A program made the translations under genes and the position numbers. Positions 28,877 to 37,563 of a DNA stretch of 64,000 nucleotides are shown piece by piece (position 1 is the first letter of the stretch; every line of letters begins with the position of its first letter). Origin of the DNA: Rheinheimera sp. (GTDB taxonomy: Bacteria > Pseudomonadota > Gammaproteobacteria > Enterobacterales > Alteromonadaceae); the NCBI RefSeq assembly GCF_037442525.1, contig NZ_JBBIQD010000003.1:278482-342481 (forward strand), given 5' to 3'. Below the pieces are notes generated by a model. That model did not search any database. It had not been told where the DNA came from and saw only the letters and a list, made by a program, of their open reading frames with translations.

Positions 28877-30049
28877 TCAGGAGTTTTCTGCCTGCGCAGG
28901 TTCAACCTGGTACAGCGTAAAGCCATGACGGCCGCTGCGTTTCACTCTGTACATGGCGGCATCGGCTTTTTCAATCAGCTCGGCAATCTGGCTGCCATGT
29001 TGTGGGTAAATGCTGATACCTATACTGGCCCCCAGGTTGTAACTCTGACCGTCCAGCTCCACAGGTAACTCCAGTTGCTCTGACAGCTTCTCAGCCACCA
29101 TTTGAACTCCGGCCTGGTGCTCCAGCTGAGTCGCAATCACCAGAAATTCATCACCACCGACCCGGGCACAAACGTCTGTACTGCGCATACTGTGCCGCAA
29201 GCGCCGGGCGACTTCGCGCAGCACAGCGTCGCCGGCTTTATGGCCAGCCTGATCATTAATGGGTTTAAAATTATCCAGGTCAATGTATATGACCGCCAGT
29301 AACTGATGCGGCCTGTTGGCCAGCAGCAGCACCTGTTCAAACAAGGCATCAACATAACGTTTGTTGTTCAGGCCAGTCAGTGGGTCTTTGTAAGCCAGTT
29401 CCAGCGCTTTGGATTCCGACTCGATCAGCCGCTTCTGAAACATCGCAAACACAGCACTGATGAAGCTCAGGTACATGCCTGCCACCAGCACTGTACCCAA
29501 CCAGAACGCCTGAGTACGCCAGTCGCTGTATAGCACCAGCGAGACAGGCTCAAACAGAAACCAGTGCACAGCCCGCAATACAGCAAACAACGCGATAAGA
29601 CGCCGGATGATCAGGGGGACAGTCAGCTCGCCTTTGAGTACAACAAAAGCCAGCATCAACAAGGTGACACTGTTGATCAGGCCAAGCACCAGACCCGACA
29701 CCCAGGGCGACCACTGCAGCAGGTAAGCCACCAGTAAAAAGACCAGGCCGGCCAGCACCAATCCGCTGTATAACCAGGGCTTGAACAGGGATCCAAAAAA
29801 AGCACTGGCCCCCAATAACAAGAATAATTTCTCGCTGAGCGACAACAAACTGTACGCCAGTTTGGCGCCTTCAGAATCAAACTGGTAAACCCAGACATAG
29901 ACCAGACGGGAACAAAAGGCTGCCAGTATAGCCAGCGCCCACCAGCCACACCCCGGGTTAGTACGCGGAACCTGACGGGCCACTAACATCAATACGAAAA
30001 ACAGCAGGTAAAGCGCACAGCCTACCGCGTGAACTATTTCGAATGCCAT
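28877..30049 (-). CDS. Multi-TM diguanylate cyclase (GGDEF)
   Basis: About 7 TM segments; YKDPLTGLNNK; YIDLDNFKPIND; intact GGDEF preceded by an RxxD I-site (RSTD). Confidence 0.9.
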   Translation of the reverse strand: MAFEIVHAVGCALYLLFFVLMLVARQVPRTNPGCGWWALAILAAFCSRLVYVWVYQFDSEGAKLAYSLLSLSEKLFLLLGASAFFGSLFKPWLYSGLVLAGLVFLLVAYLLQWSPWVSGLVLGLINSVTLLMLAFVVLKGELTVPLIIRRLIALFAVLRAVHWFLFEPVSLVLYSDWRTQAFWLGTVLVAGMYLSFISAVFAMFQKRLIESESKALELAYKDPLTGLNNKRYVDALFEQVLLLANRPHQLLAVIYIDLDNFKPINDQAGHKAGDAVLREVARRLRHSMRSTDVCARVGGDEFLVIATQLEHQAGVQMVAEKLSEQLELPVELDGQSYNLGASIGISIYPQHGSQIAELIEKADAAMYRVKRSGRHGFTLYQVEPAQAENS

Positions 30050-30179
30050 ATCAAACCTGAACTCGCTGCAGACCTGCACCTTTTTCGGAACTGTTGGAAC
30101 CCTTAAAAACAAGGCTCAGGCTTGAGTGTAGTTCAGGCTTTGCGGTTCGCTGGCTGTTTTTCTCTGGGCTTGTGCAGCG

Positions 30180-30770
30180 TCAAAAGACGGACTGTTGCCA
30201 ATTGCCTTGCTTGTCGCGCTGCAGTATCACAGCAACAGGTCTGGAAGGGCAGCATCGGGCGTCGTCCGGGCCATAGTCCATGCCGAAAATTTTTATCTGG
30301 TCATCTGAAATTTTTTCAATACCACTGACCGGGGCTTTGGCACTGGGCATGCCTTTGATCCGAATCACGGGTGAAGATCCTTTGGCGTTCACAAACAAGC
30401 CACCGACATTTTTTTCCACCAGCGTCAGGTGATAAGCATAAGAACCGCTGCCGCCGTAACAGCCCAGATCGGCCGCCCATAACACCAGCCAGGACAACAT
30501 CGCCCCTTCGCCTTCGGTGCTGGTAGTCCATGGTAAAGTGCCGATGATTTCGTGCTCGCCGCAACTCAGCGCGTCGGCATATTTATCAGCCACTTGCCTG
30601 ACCTGTTGCTCCAGTGTCAGCATCAGTTCTGTCGTGGCCTGATCTGCTGGAGTTTCAGCAAGCACTGCAACTGCGGGGGAAGGAATAGTGGGTTCTGGAA
30701 TCACTAACTCTTGCTGCGCCTCCAGCGCAAAACACCAACCCAAACAACTCAGACTAAAAACTTTGTTCAT
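30180..30770 (-). CDS. Hypothetical exported Cys-containing protein
   Basis: LGCYGGSGS and GPDDARCCPS motifs; probable start MNKVF at 30770. Confidence 0.6.
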   Translation of the reverse strand: MNKVFSLSCLGWCFALEAQQELVIPEPTIPSPAVAVLAETPADQATTELMLTLEQQVRQVADKYADALSCGEHEIIGTLPWTTSTEGEGAMLSWLVLWAADLGCYGGSGSYAYHLTLVEKNVGGLFVNAKGSSPVIRIKGMPSAKAPVSGIEKISDDQIKIFGMDYGPDDARCCPSRPVAVILQRDKQGNWQQSVF

Positions 30771-30886
30771 CCTGAACCTCTGTACAAACCATGCTAGAAG
30801 TTGAGAATCATTCTCAACTTGGCCGACATTATTGCAGAAGCCGGATGAACTGCAAGATGCTGACAAAAATTTAGTGTTTTACATTA

Positions 30887-31102
30887 TCAATCCGCCTGCC
30901 GCCACTGAAATACCTCCTCCAGCGGCACCCCAAAGACCCGCGCAATTTTAAAAGCCGCCTCCAGGCTGGGGGAATATTTGCCCGCTTCGATGGCGGCAAT
31001 GGTCTGGCGGGTGACGCCAATTTTTTCGCCCAGTTCAGCCTGCGTCATTTCGCCCTGCATAAAACGCAGCAACCGGATCCTGTTGGTCAGCTGTTCAGTC
31101 AT
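30887..31102 (-). CDS. XRE-family HTH regulator
   Basis: NRIRLLR...MTQAELGEKIGVTRQTIAAIEAGKYSPSLEAAFKIARVF; ATGA overlap with the upstream gene. Confidence 0.9.
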   Translation of the reverse strand: MTEQLTNRIRLLRFMQGEMTQAELGEKIGVTRQTIAAIEAGKYSPSLEAAFKIARVFGVPLEEVFQWRQAD

Positions 31103-31545
31103 AGGGCCTGCCTGCGGTAACTCAGTACCATCTGGCTGTAATGCCACAACTCACTCAGCACAATAAAAAACACCGCCGCCTGAAACTGTGGCCAGCCACT
31201 TTGCGAAAACGGCATCAGGCAGCCCACCAAAATCATGCCGGTCATCAGCAGGTAATAAGCGCCTTTCAGTGCATTCGCTTCAATGGCTTTATCACGTTCG
31301 TCTTTGGCTGCTTTGGCATCCAGCGGCATCTGCCAGCGCAACCACAGATAACCGCCGCCCAGCAATGCCAGCTGCACAGCCACTGTCAGACCATAAGCCT
31401 GCAGTTGCTGCCACAAACTGAGCTCCTGAGCGGCATTGAGCGATACCCAGACAAAATAAGGCCCAAAGGCCAGCAGTCGGGCCAGAATGGCCAGCCAGGC
31501 CGTTTTCTCGCGGTAGCTGACTTGTGAGTCTTCTGCGTGTTCCAT
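31099..31545 (-). CDS. Membrane protein (DUF2178-like) coupled to the XRE regulator
   Basis: Four hydrophobic segments with the KDERDKAIE motif. Confidence 0.7.
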   Translation of the reverse strand: MEHAEDSQVSYREKTAWLAILARLLAFGPYFVWVSLNAAQELSLWQQLQAYGLTVAVQLALLGGGYLWLRWQMPLDAKAAKDERDKAIEANALKGAYYLLMTGMILVGCLMPFSQSGWPQFQAAVFFIVLSELWHYSQMVLSYRRQAL

Positions 31546-31978
31546 AGCAGTCTCCAGTGCAATAACCAGCAATTAATGGATACTAAACCTGACCCAATGT
31601 TAGCATTGTTTAACATGAGGTCAAATTTATTATTCAGAAAATTCTGAGGCTACTGCAGGTTCTGAACCTCCATAAGGTCCAGTTGCAGCAGCTGTACCGG
31701 CCAAATTCATCAGCGGAATTCACAAGAATTTGATTGATTAAACACAGCATTTAACTAATGCCATCTGTGTTTAAGCGCTGTACAATGACCCGGCGCCTTG
31801 TGGCAGTGGTGGACGAGAGTTCGGGTGCGCAGCAGATGAAGTCCCACAAGGTGTTGATGGCCCAGCGCCAGTTCCCCCCATCCGCTTTTTTTGCCCCGAA
31901 ACCGACAAGACAAGTCAGAATTTGCAGTAACAATAATGAACGGCTTTTTCAGGCCGGTAAGCAACAGGAATAAAGAAG

Positions 31979-32971
31979 ATGGCAGCATTTGGTAGCGTAT
32001 TTATGCCAGAAATGGCACTGGCCCGTTTTGATGGCAGCAGCTGGAGCAAAGGCGCTCTGGTGAGCGCCGACAGCATTTCACTGCACCCGGGCGCGCATGT
32101 GCTGCACTACGCCAGTACCTGTTTTGAAGGCTTAAAAGCCTTTCGCCACGAAGACGGCAGCATCGCTATTTTCCGTATGGATAAAAACATTGCCCGTATG
32201 CAGCAAAGCTCAAAACTGCTGTCGCTGCCGGAGTTTGACGCCGACCTGCTGAAGCAGATGATTATCGACGTGGTGAAACACCATGCCGCCGACGTACCAA
32301 CGCCACCGGGTTCAATGTATATCCGCCCAACCCATATCGGCACTGAACCTGCCATTGGTAAAGCGGCCAACCCAACCACCACCTCTATGCTGTATGTGCT
32401 GTTGTCGCCTGTGGGCGATTACTTCGCCGGTGGCAGCCGTGGCCTGCGCTTGCTGATGGAAGACAATGCCCGCTGTGCACCGCATATGGGCATGATCAAA
32501 AGTGGTGGTAACTACGCCAGCGCGTTGCACCCGACGCTGCAGGCCCGTGCTCAGTACCAGGCCGATCAGGTGTTGTTCTGCCCGAACGGCGATGTCCAGG
32601 AAACCGGCGCGGCCAACTTCCTGTTGATTGACGGCAACGAAATTATCACCAAAGCGCTGGACGCTTCGTTCCTGCACGGCGTGACCCGCGAGAGCATTCT
32701 GACGCTGGCGCGTGATTTGGGCATGACGGTGTCTGAGCGCGAACTGACTGTCGCCGAGTTGCTGGAACGTGCCGCTAAACCAGGCACTGAAGCGGCACTG
32801 TCTGGTACTGCAGCAGTACTGGCGCCAGTCGGCACCCTGATCCATCAGGGCAAAGAATACAAAGTAGGTTCAGGTGAGCCAGGCGCCACCACCGCCAAAC
32901 TGCGTCAGGCACTGAATGATATTCAGTGGGGCAAAGCGGCCGACACGCACGGCTGGCTGACCCATATCTAA
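31979..32971 (+). CDS. ilvE: Branched-chain amino acid aminotransferase
   Basis: LHYASTCFEGLKAFR, YIRP, KSGGNYA (PLP Lys), ETGAANF, LHGVTRES, GTAAVLAPV. Confidence 0.92.
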   Translation: MAAFGSVFMPEMALARFDGSSWSKGALVSADSISLHPGAHVLHYASTCFEGLKAFRHEDGSIAIFRMDKNIARMQQSSKLLSLPEFDADLLKQMIIDVVKHHAADVPTPPGSMYIRPTHIGTEPAIGKAANPTTTSMLYVLLSPVGDYFAGGSRGLRLLMEDNARCAPHMGMIKSGGNYASALHPTLQARAQYQADQVLFCPNGDVQETGAANFLLIDGNEIITKALDASFLHGVTRESILTLARDLGMTVSERELTVAELLERAAKPGTEAALSGTAAVLAPVGTLIHQGKEYKVGSGEPGATTAKLRQALNDIQWGKAADTHGWLTHI

Positions 32972-32978
32972 TGCCCAC

Positions 32979-33042
32979 GGGCGCAGCAAGCTGCGCCCCT
33001 ACCGATCTTTAAACCTGATTAGGGGTGGGTCTTGACCCATCC
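32979..33042. repeat. Inverted REP doublet A (GTAG family)
   Basis: 32979-33002 reverse complement GTAG-GGGCGCAGC-TT-GCTGCGCCC; 33019-33042 TTAG-GGGTGGGTC-TT-GACCCATCC. Confidence 0.8.
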
Positions 33043-33050
33043 TCAGCTTA

Positions 33051-34313
33051 TTAATGACAACAACTTGGGCCTTGGTCGGCCATTTCGCGGCGGTAGCGTT
33101 TCGCCAGTGTTTTCAGCCGTAGTTGATCTGCCAGCAGCATCCACAGAGGCCAGCGCAGCGGTGACCAGAATGGTAAAGGCTTGCCTAAACGACGCAGCAT
33201 CAGCCGGGTATAGGCCATAGCCGCCAAAGCTTTTAACGGCTTTTGTTTAAATTCCAGCGGCGGCAATTCCGGCGCCAGTTGCTCCCCAGCCTGCCAGCGT
33301 TTCGGCAAATCTGTACTTAGCGCCAGTGCAGTCGCAATGCCCACCAAGGCCACACCAGAGCGCAACACCTGCTCGGCCACTTCGCGACGGCGAATGCCAC
33401 CTGTCACCATCAACGGCATTTGTGCGGCCTGTTGCAGCTCTTTCGCAAACTCCAGGAAATAAGCTTCGCGCGCCAGCGTACGGCCATCGCGACTGTCGCC
33501 TTGCATGGCCGGCGCTTCATAACTGCCGCCCGACAGCTCAACAAAATCCAGCCCCAGCGGGTTCAGCCATTGCAGCACTTGTTTGGCGTCTTCTGCCGAA
33601 AACCCACCACGCTGAAAATCCGCCGAGTTCAGCTTCACACTGACAATAAAGCCCTGAGGTAATTCGCTGCGCAGCCTGGCGGCTATTTCCAGCAACAGCC
33701 GGGCGCGGTTTTCCAGGCTGCCGCCGTAAGCGTCAGTGCGCTGGTTCACCAAAGGCGATAAAAACTGGCTGAGCAAATAACCGTGCGCCGCATGAATTTG
33801 CACCCCGCTAAAACCCGCTTGTTGTGCCAGCCGGGCCGAGGTTAAAAACTGGGTTTTGACTTGCTCAATATCATCCAGCGTCATGGCACGCGGCTTCACA
33901 AACATGTTGGAGAACTTGCCTAAATCCAGCGCCACAGCGGAGGGCGCCAGCGCAGGCTGGCCCAGATTGGTGGGTAGCTGTCGGCCTGGGTGGTTGAGCT
34001 GCAAAATCAATTTGCTGCCCTGCTGCTGACCGGTGCCAGTCTGCACGGACTGAGCCCAGCGTTTAAACAGCTCCAGGTTGGAATACACATCCAGCACTAC
34101 GCCGCCCGGGCCGGTCAGTGCAGTACGGCTGACCATCACATTGCCGGAAATCAGCAAGCCAGTGCCGCCTTGCGCCCAACGCTGATACAGCTGAATCAGG
34201 CCGTCCGACGGGTTCTGCCCGCTGGCCGCCATATTCTCTTCCATCGCCGCCTTCACCAGTCGGTTTTGCAACTGCACACCACTTGGCAGCATCAAACTTT
34301 CAAATAACATCAC
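33051..34313 (-). CDS. NADH:flavin oxidoreductase (old yellow enzyme family)
   Basis: NRLVKAAMEE, QLNHPGRQ, GVQIHAAHGYLLSQFLSP, YGGSLENRAR, KLNSADF. Confidence 0.92.
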   Translation of the reverse strand: MMLFESLMLPSGVQLQNRLVKAAMEENMAASGQNPSDGLIQLYQRWAQGGTGLLISGNVMVSRTALTGPGGVVLDVYSNLELFKRWAQSVQTGTGQQQGSKLILQLNHPGRQLPTNLGQPALAPSAVALDLGKFSNMFVKPRAMTLDDIEQVKTQFLTSARLAQQAGFSGVQIHAAHGYLLSQFLSPLVNQRTDAYGGSLENRARLLLEIAARLRSELPQGFIVSVKLNSADFQRGGFSAEDAKQVLQWLNPLGLDFVELSGGSYEAPAMQGDSRDGRTLAREAYFLEFAKELQQAAQMPLMVTGGIRRREVAEQVLRSGVALVGIATALALSTDLPKRWQAGEQLAPELPPLEFKQKPLKALAAMAYTRLMLRRLGKPLPFWSPLRWPLWMLLADQLRLKTLAKRYRREMADQGPSCCH

Positions 34314-34349
34314 ACCACCTCTTTAATTGGGGTCAGGTCCTGTGCCCAC

Positions 34350-34466
34350 GGGCGCAGCAAGCTACGCCCCTACAGCTATTTAAACTCGCTCATCTGCCCA
34401 ATCACCGCCCATTAAAGGTGTTGCAACAGGTTTACCATCCTCGTAGGGGCGGGTCTTGACCCGCCC
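34350..34466. repeat. Inverted REP doublet B (GTAG family)
   Basis: 34350-34373 is a near-identical copy of the first REP of doublet A; 34443-34466 GTAG-GGGCGGGTC-TT-GACCCGCCC. Confidence 0.82.
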
Positions 34467-34497
34467 GCCGCCGCAGTGTCAACGAATACCGAGCTTG

Positions 34498-34630
34498 CTC
34501 CTAAATCATTGGCGTTGCAGCAAGGCGACAAGACCGAGAGACCCCAGGAGCATAGAAACCTATGTGACTGGGGCCATTGCCTTTAACGAAAGCGCCGCAG
34601 TCAACGCCGCTATAACACGAATGACGACGC
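34498..34630. mobile_element. ERIC-like miniature inverted-repeat element
   Basis: GTTGCAGCAAGGCGACAAG...CCCCAGGAGCATAGAAACCTATGTGACTGGGG...CGCAGTCAACGC...ATGACG follows the ERIC consensus, including the central CCCCAGGAGC/GTGACTGGGG palindrome. Confidence 0.75.
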
Positions 34631-34634
34631 AGAT

Positions 34635-34666
34635 AGTGTAAAGCTTCAACCCAGGTTGAGAGTCAA
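34635..34666 (-). promoter_or_regulatory. MerR-type long-spacer promoter with operator, facing the flavin oxidoreductase
   Basis: Minus strand TTGACT-20 bp-TACACT, with the dyad TCAACC-TG-GGTTGA inside the spacer; divergent merR-family gene. Confidence 0.75.
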
Positions 34667-34720
34667 GCCCTTCTGTGCCAGTATCCGGCAAAATAACTCA
34701 TTGCTGTCGGAACCTTTGTT

Positions 34721-35080
34721 ATGTACCGGATTGGTCAGCTCGCCAAATTGCTGAATGTGTCGGAATCCAAACTGCGCTTTTTGGAAGAGCAAGGCGTGAT
34801 CCACTCGGTGCGGCAGGCCAATGGTTACAGGTATTACAACGACGACAACAAAGAACGGCTGGAGATTATCTTAAAAGCCCAGCAAATGGGCTTTAGTCTG
34901 GCGGAAATTCGTGCCGTGCAACGCCAGCACGGCAGCAAAGAACACCCGGTGGATTGCCAGTTGTTACTGCCGATGCTGCAAAAAAAACTGCAGGAGCTGG
35001 ACCAGCAGATGCAACAACTGCAGCAGCAGCGCCGCGATATGGAGCAGCTGGTTCAGCAACTCACCCCTGTAGATCCTTAA
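34721..35080 (+). CDS. MerR-family transcriptional regulator
   Basis: YRIGQLAKLLNVSESKLRFLEEQGVI...RQANGYRYY...AQQMGFSLAEIR; only one Cys, so not a metal-sensing type. Confidence 0.92.
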   Translation: MYRIGQLAKLLNVSESKLRFLEEQGVIHSVRQANGYRYYNDDNKERLEIILKAQQMGFSLAEIRAVQRQHGSKEHPVDCQLLLPMLQKKLQELDQQMQQLQQQRRDMEQLVQQLTPVDP

Positions 35081-35230
35081 CGCCCAGCCATCCCTCCCTG
35101 CAATCCATTTACAAAAGTTTCGCTAAATGAAACAAAGTTGACTAGGGTTAGAAGCTGCACCACAGGCCACATCAGAATAAAACCGGCCCGGCGGTGCAGG
35201 TTTTTACCTACCAACACCAGGGAGAACATA

Positions 35231-35986
35231 ATGAAAACATCGGTACTTACCAGCCTTTTGCTCGTCAGCCTGCTCAGCGCCTGCTCCACCATGCGCCAAT
35301 ACACTATGCCGGAAGAAGCCAATTTACTCAGCGGTTCTGGCTCTTTACTGGTTTCCGAAGACAAAGCCGAAGCCTATGAAACCATAGATATCAGTACGTT
35401 GCTCAGCGATTACGGCTTTTCGGATATCCCTCAGCTGGCCAACACGGACCTTGGCAGCGACAAACTCAAATACCAGCGCAACGAGCTGCAAGACAGAGTG
35501 ATAGCGGCGTCCAACCAGAAATGCGGTATGTACCTGCGGGTGCTGACCTCATCCAAAGCGCAAACTCAGTTGGGGTGGGGTGGATTAGCCACGCTGTTAA
35601 GCGGTGCAGCAGCCGTGGTAACACCCGCCACTACAGCCAAAGCCCTGGCGGCGGGCAGCACTGTGTCCAATGGTATTTTGTCGCAATACAACGAGGCCTA
35701 TTTTAATAACCTGGCCATTAATGTGATTTCGTCAGGCATTACCTCACAACGTGAAGGCATTTTGCAGCAAATTAATAGCAAAAGGCAGCAAAGCCTGGTG
35801 GAGTACCCGGTGAACCGGGCCATTGCCGACGCCGTGCAGTACCATGCGGTGTGCAATATTATCAGCGGCCTGGAAACGGCGGCTGTGGCCACCCGCAATA
35901 TGAACAGCCAACCCCCGGCCCAGGGCGACGATGAAAATGGTCAGACTCAGCCAACCACCTCACCGGCGGTGATAAAAATTAACTAG
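35231..35986 (+). CDS. Hypothetical lipoprotein
   Basis: GGAG RBS; MKTSVLTSLLLVSLLSAC lipobox; Gly/Ala-rich helical hairpin. Confidence 0.8.
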   Translation: MKTSVLTSLLLVSLLSACSTMRQYTMPEEANLLSGSGSLLVSEDKAEAYETIDISTLLSDYGFSDIPQLANTDLGSDKLKYQRNELQDRVIAASNQKCGMYLRVLTSSKAQTQLGWGGLATLLSGAAAVVTPATTAKALAAGSTVSNGILSQYNEAYFNNLAINVISSGITSQREGILQQINSKRQQSLVEYPVNRAIADAVQYHAVCNIISGLETAAVATRNMNSQPPAQGDDENGQTQPTTSPAVIKIN

Positions 35987-35992
35987 CTGCAA

Positions 35993-36043
35993 GCTTAACC
36001 TTGAGACTTGTGTTGAGCTGCAAGTCTCAAGGTTAAGCCCTAC
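35993..36043. repeat. Perfect 18-bp inverted repeat with a GTAG-type foot
   Basis: GCTTAACCTTGAGACTTG-N10-CAAGTCTCAAGGTTAAGC followed by CCTAC. Confidence 0.75.
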
Positions 36044-36106
36044 TCTGGTTGTCTGCCAAAGCTCGTCTGGCATAGAATCACCCTATCAGGGCAGGAGCAA
36101 CTCACA

Positions 36107-36274
36107 ATGACGACCGATATTCGCTGGCACCAACGCCTGGCTAACTTTGATAAAGCGCTGGCTGAATTGACTGAGGCTTTGGCACTGGCCATTCAGAGCC
36201 AGTTTTACCCGGCTTTTGTCGCCTTGCAACTCAGCTTATCCACCTATAAGCAACAGACAAATTCCGGCCAATGA
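36107..36274 (+). pseudogene. HEPN (HI0074-like) toxin gene with an in-frame internal deletion
   Basis: 55-aa ORF below the ORF-track cutoff. N-terminus MTTDIRWHQRLANFDKALAELTEAL is joined to the C-terminal helix IQSQFYPAFVAL; no RX4H; AGGAG RBS; ATGA overlap with the MNT gene. Confidence 0.75.
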
Positions 36275-36609
36275 CAGTGTCAGCGCACTTTGGTTTAACC
36301 AGTTCACAATTTCAGGCCATTCAGCAGGTGTTGGCGAATACCCTCAACCTCGAACAAGCCATCATTTATGGCTCCCGGGCTTTGGGGCGGGAAAAGCCTG
36401 GGTCCGATATTGACCTGATGTTAGTGGGCGAACACTTCAGCCATACCGACCTACTGCACCTGATGAACGAGCTGGACGACCTGCTGACGCCCTATAGCTT
36501 CGACCTGTGCCGCCAGCAGGACATCAGCCACCCCGACTTGCTGGAGCATATAGCCCGAGTCGGCCAGCTGTTTTATCAACGCGGCTTAGCTTGCCATAGC
36601 AAGAATTGA
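36271..36609 (+). CDS. Minimal nucleotidyltransferase (MNT) antitoxin, module 1
   Basis: GS-X10-DXD (GSRALGREKPGSDID); PYSFDL. Confidence 0.9.
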   Translation: MTVSAHFGLTSSQFQAIQQVLANTLNLEQAIIYGSRALGREKPGSDIDLMLVGEHFSHTDLLHLMNELDDLLTPYSFDLCRQQDISHPDLLEHIARVGQLFYQRGLACHSKN

Positions 36610-36646
36610 AGCCAATTTAGCGACGGTTGTAGCTTTGTTGGCTACG

Positions 36647-36973
36647 TTAGTTGTGCGAGCCAGCCTTTTGCAGCACCAGCTTTCGGCCCTGAATAATGGT
36701 GCGAAAAGACTCTGCGGTGGTGGCCCAATCGACCAGATCCACCTTCCAGGGTAAGTTTGATTCAGAAAACGCTTCCGACAGCTCAGCCATAGCCGCCAGA
36801 GGCATAGGCTGTTCAGTCAGAATCACCAAGTCCAAGTCAGAAAAGGTTTTACAGGGCCCATCCACCCGCGAACCGAAGGCCCACACTTCATGCAGGGGCA
36901 AATACTGCTGCAAAATGCGCTGCAATTCCTGCCATTCTGACATGGAAACCAGCAGTCGATCGGGTTTATGCAT
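36647..36973 (-). CDS. MNT antitoxin, module 2
   Basis: GSRVDGPCKTFSDLD; LPWKVDLVD. Confidence 0.9.
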   Translation of the reverse strand: MHKPDRLLVSMSEWQELQRILQQYLPLHEVWAFGSRVDGPCKTFSDLDLVILTEQPMPLAAMAELSEAFSESNLPWKVDLVDWATTAESFRTIIQGRKLVLQKAGSHN

Positions 36974-37376
36974 GGCTTAACCGCTGTGTTAACTGGGCCG
37001 CCAGAAACTGCGCTTCACGCAAAAAGGCTGGAATACCCGCCACCACCTGCAGGGCAATATCTTCATCGTAGGTATGGCTGGTTTTACTGCGCATATCACG
37101 GTAACTGCGCCAAACCGGCCAATCGCCCAATAACAAGCCTTGTTCGTTGGCCGAACGAATTAAATCAGCAAAAGGCATAGTGTCAAATTGCTCGGGGCTG
37201 GCTGAACTCTGCTCGAGGTAGCGTTTGAGCATTTTGTGGCTGATTTCGTAGGTAAATTCAAAACGCTGCACCAAACCATCACGAATTTGCGTGTCGGTAA
37301 TGTCTTGCTGATAGCGCGCCCAGCCTTCATCCAACCGCAAAATGGCGTTTTCTAACGAAGTGATATCCAGTGCCAT
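36966..37376 (-). CDS. HEPN toxin (HI0074-like nucleotidyltransferase substrate-binding family), module 2
   Basis: RDGLVQRFEFTYE; RSKTSHTY (RX4HXY). Confidence 0.9.
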   Translation of the reverse strand: MALDITSLENAILRLDEGWARYQQDITDTQIRDGLVQRFEFTYEISHKMLKRYLEQSSASPEQFDTMPFADLIRSANEQGLLLGDWPVWRSYRDMRSKTSHTYDEDIALQVVAGIPAFLREAQFLAAQLTQRLSHA

Positions 37377-37563
37377 GGCTTTGCTCTGCCTTTAAATCAA
37401 TTGTTTATAAGCATACCGCAGCAGCAGCCTGCTGCCAAAAGCATCTTGCAACACAAACGAGCAGCTGGGGTTAATTCCAGCCGTAGTGCTCACTCAACCA
37501 TGCTTGTGGTTGCAAGCGCCCAGGCAGAGGGCTAAAATCTGAACAGAATCAATGGAGATCCTA

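Noticed and set aside
35993-36038. Integron attC site / cassette array for the TA cluster
   Set aside because: The core sites match, but 46 bp is below the usual attC minimum, there are no extrahelical bases, no similar sites follow the other genes, and there is no intI.
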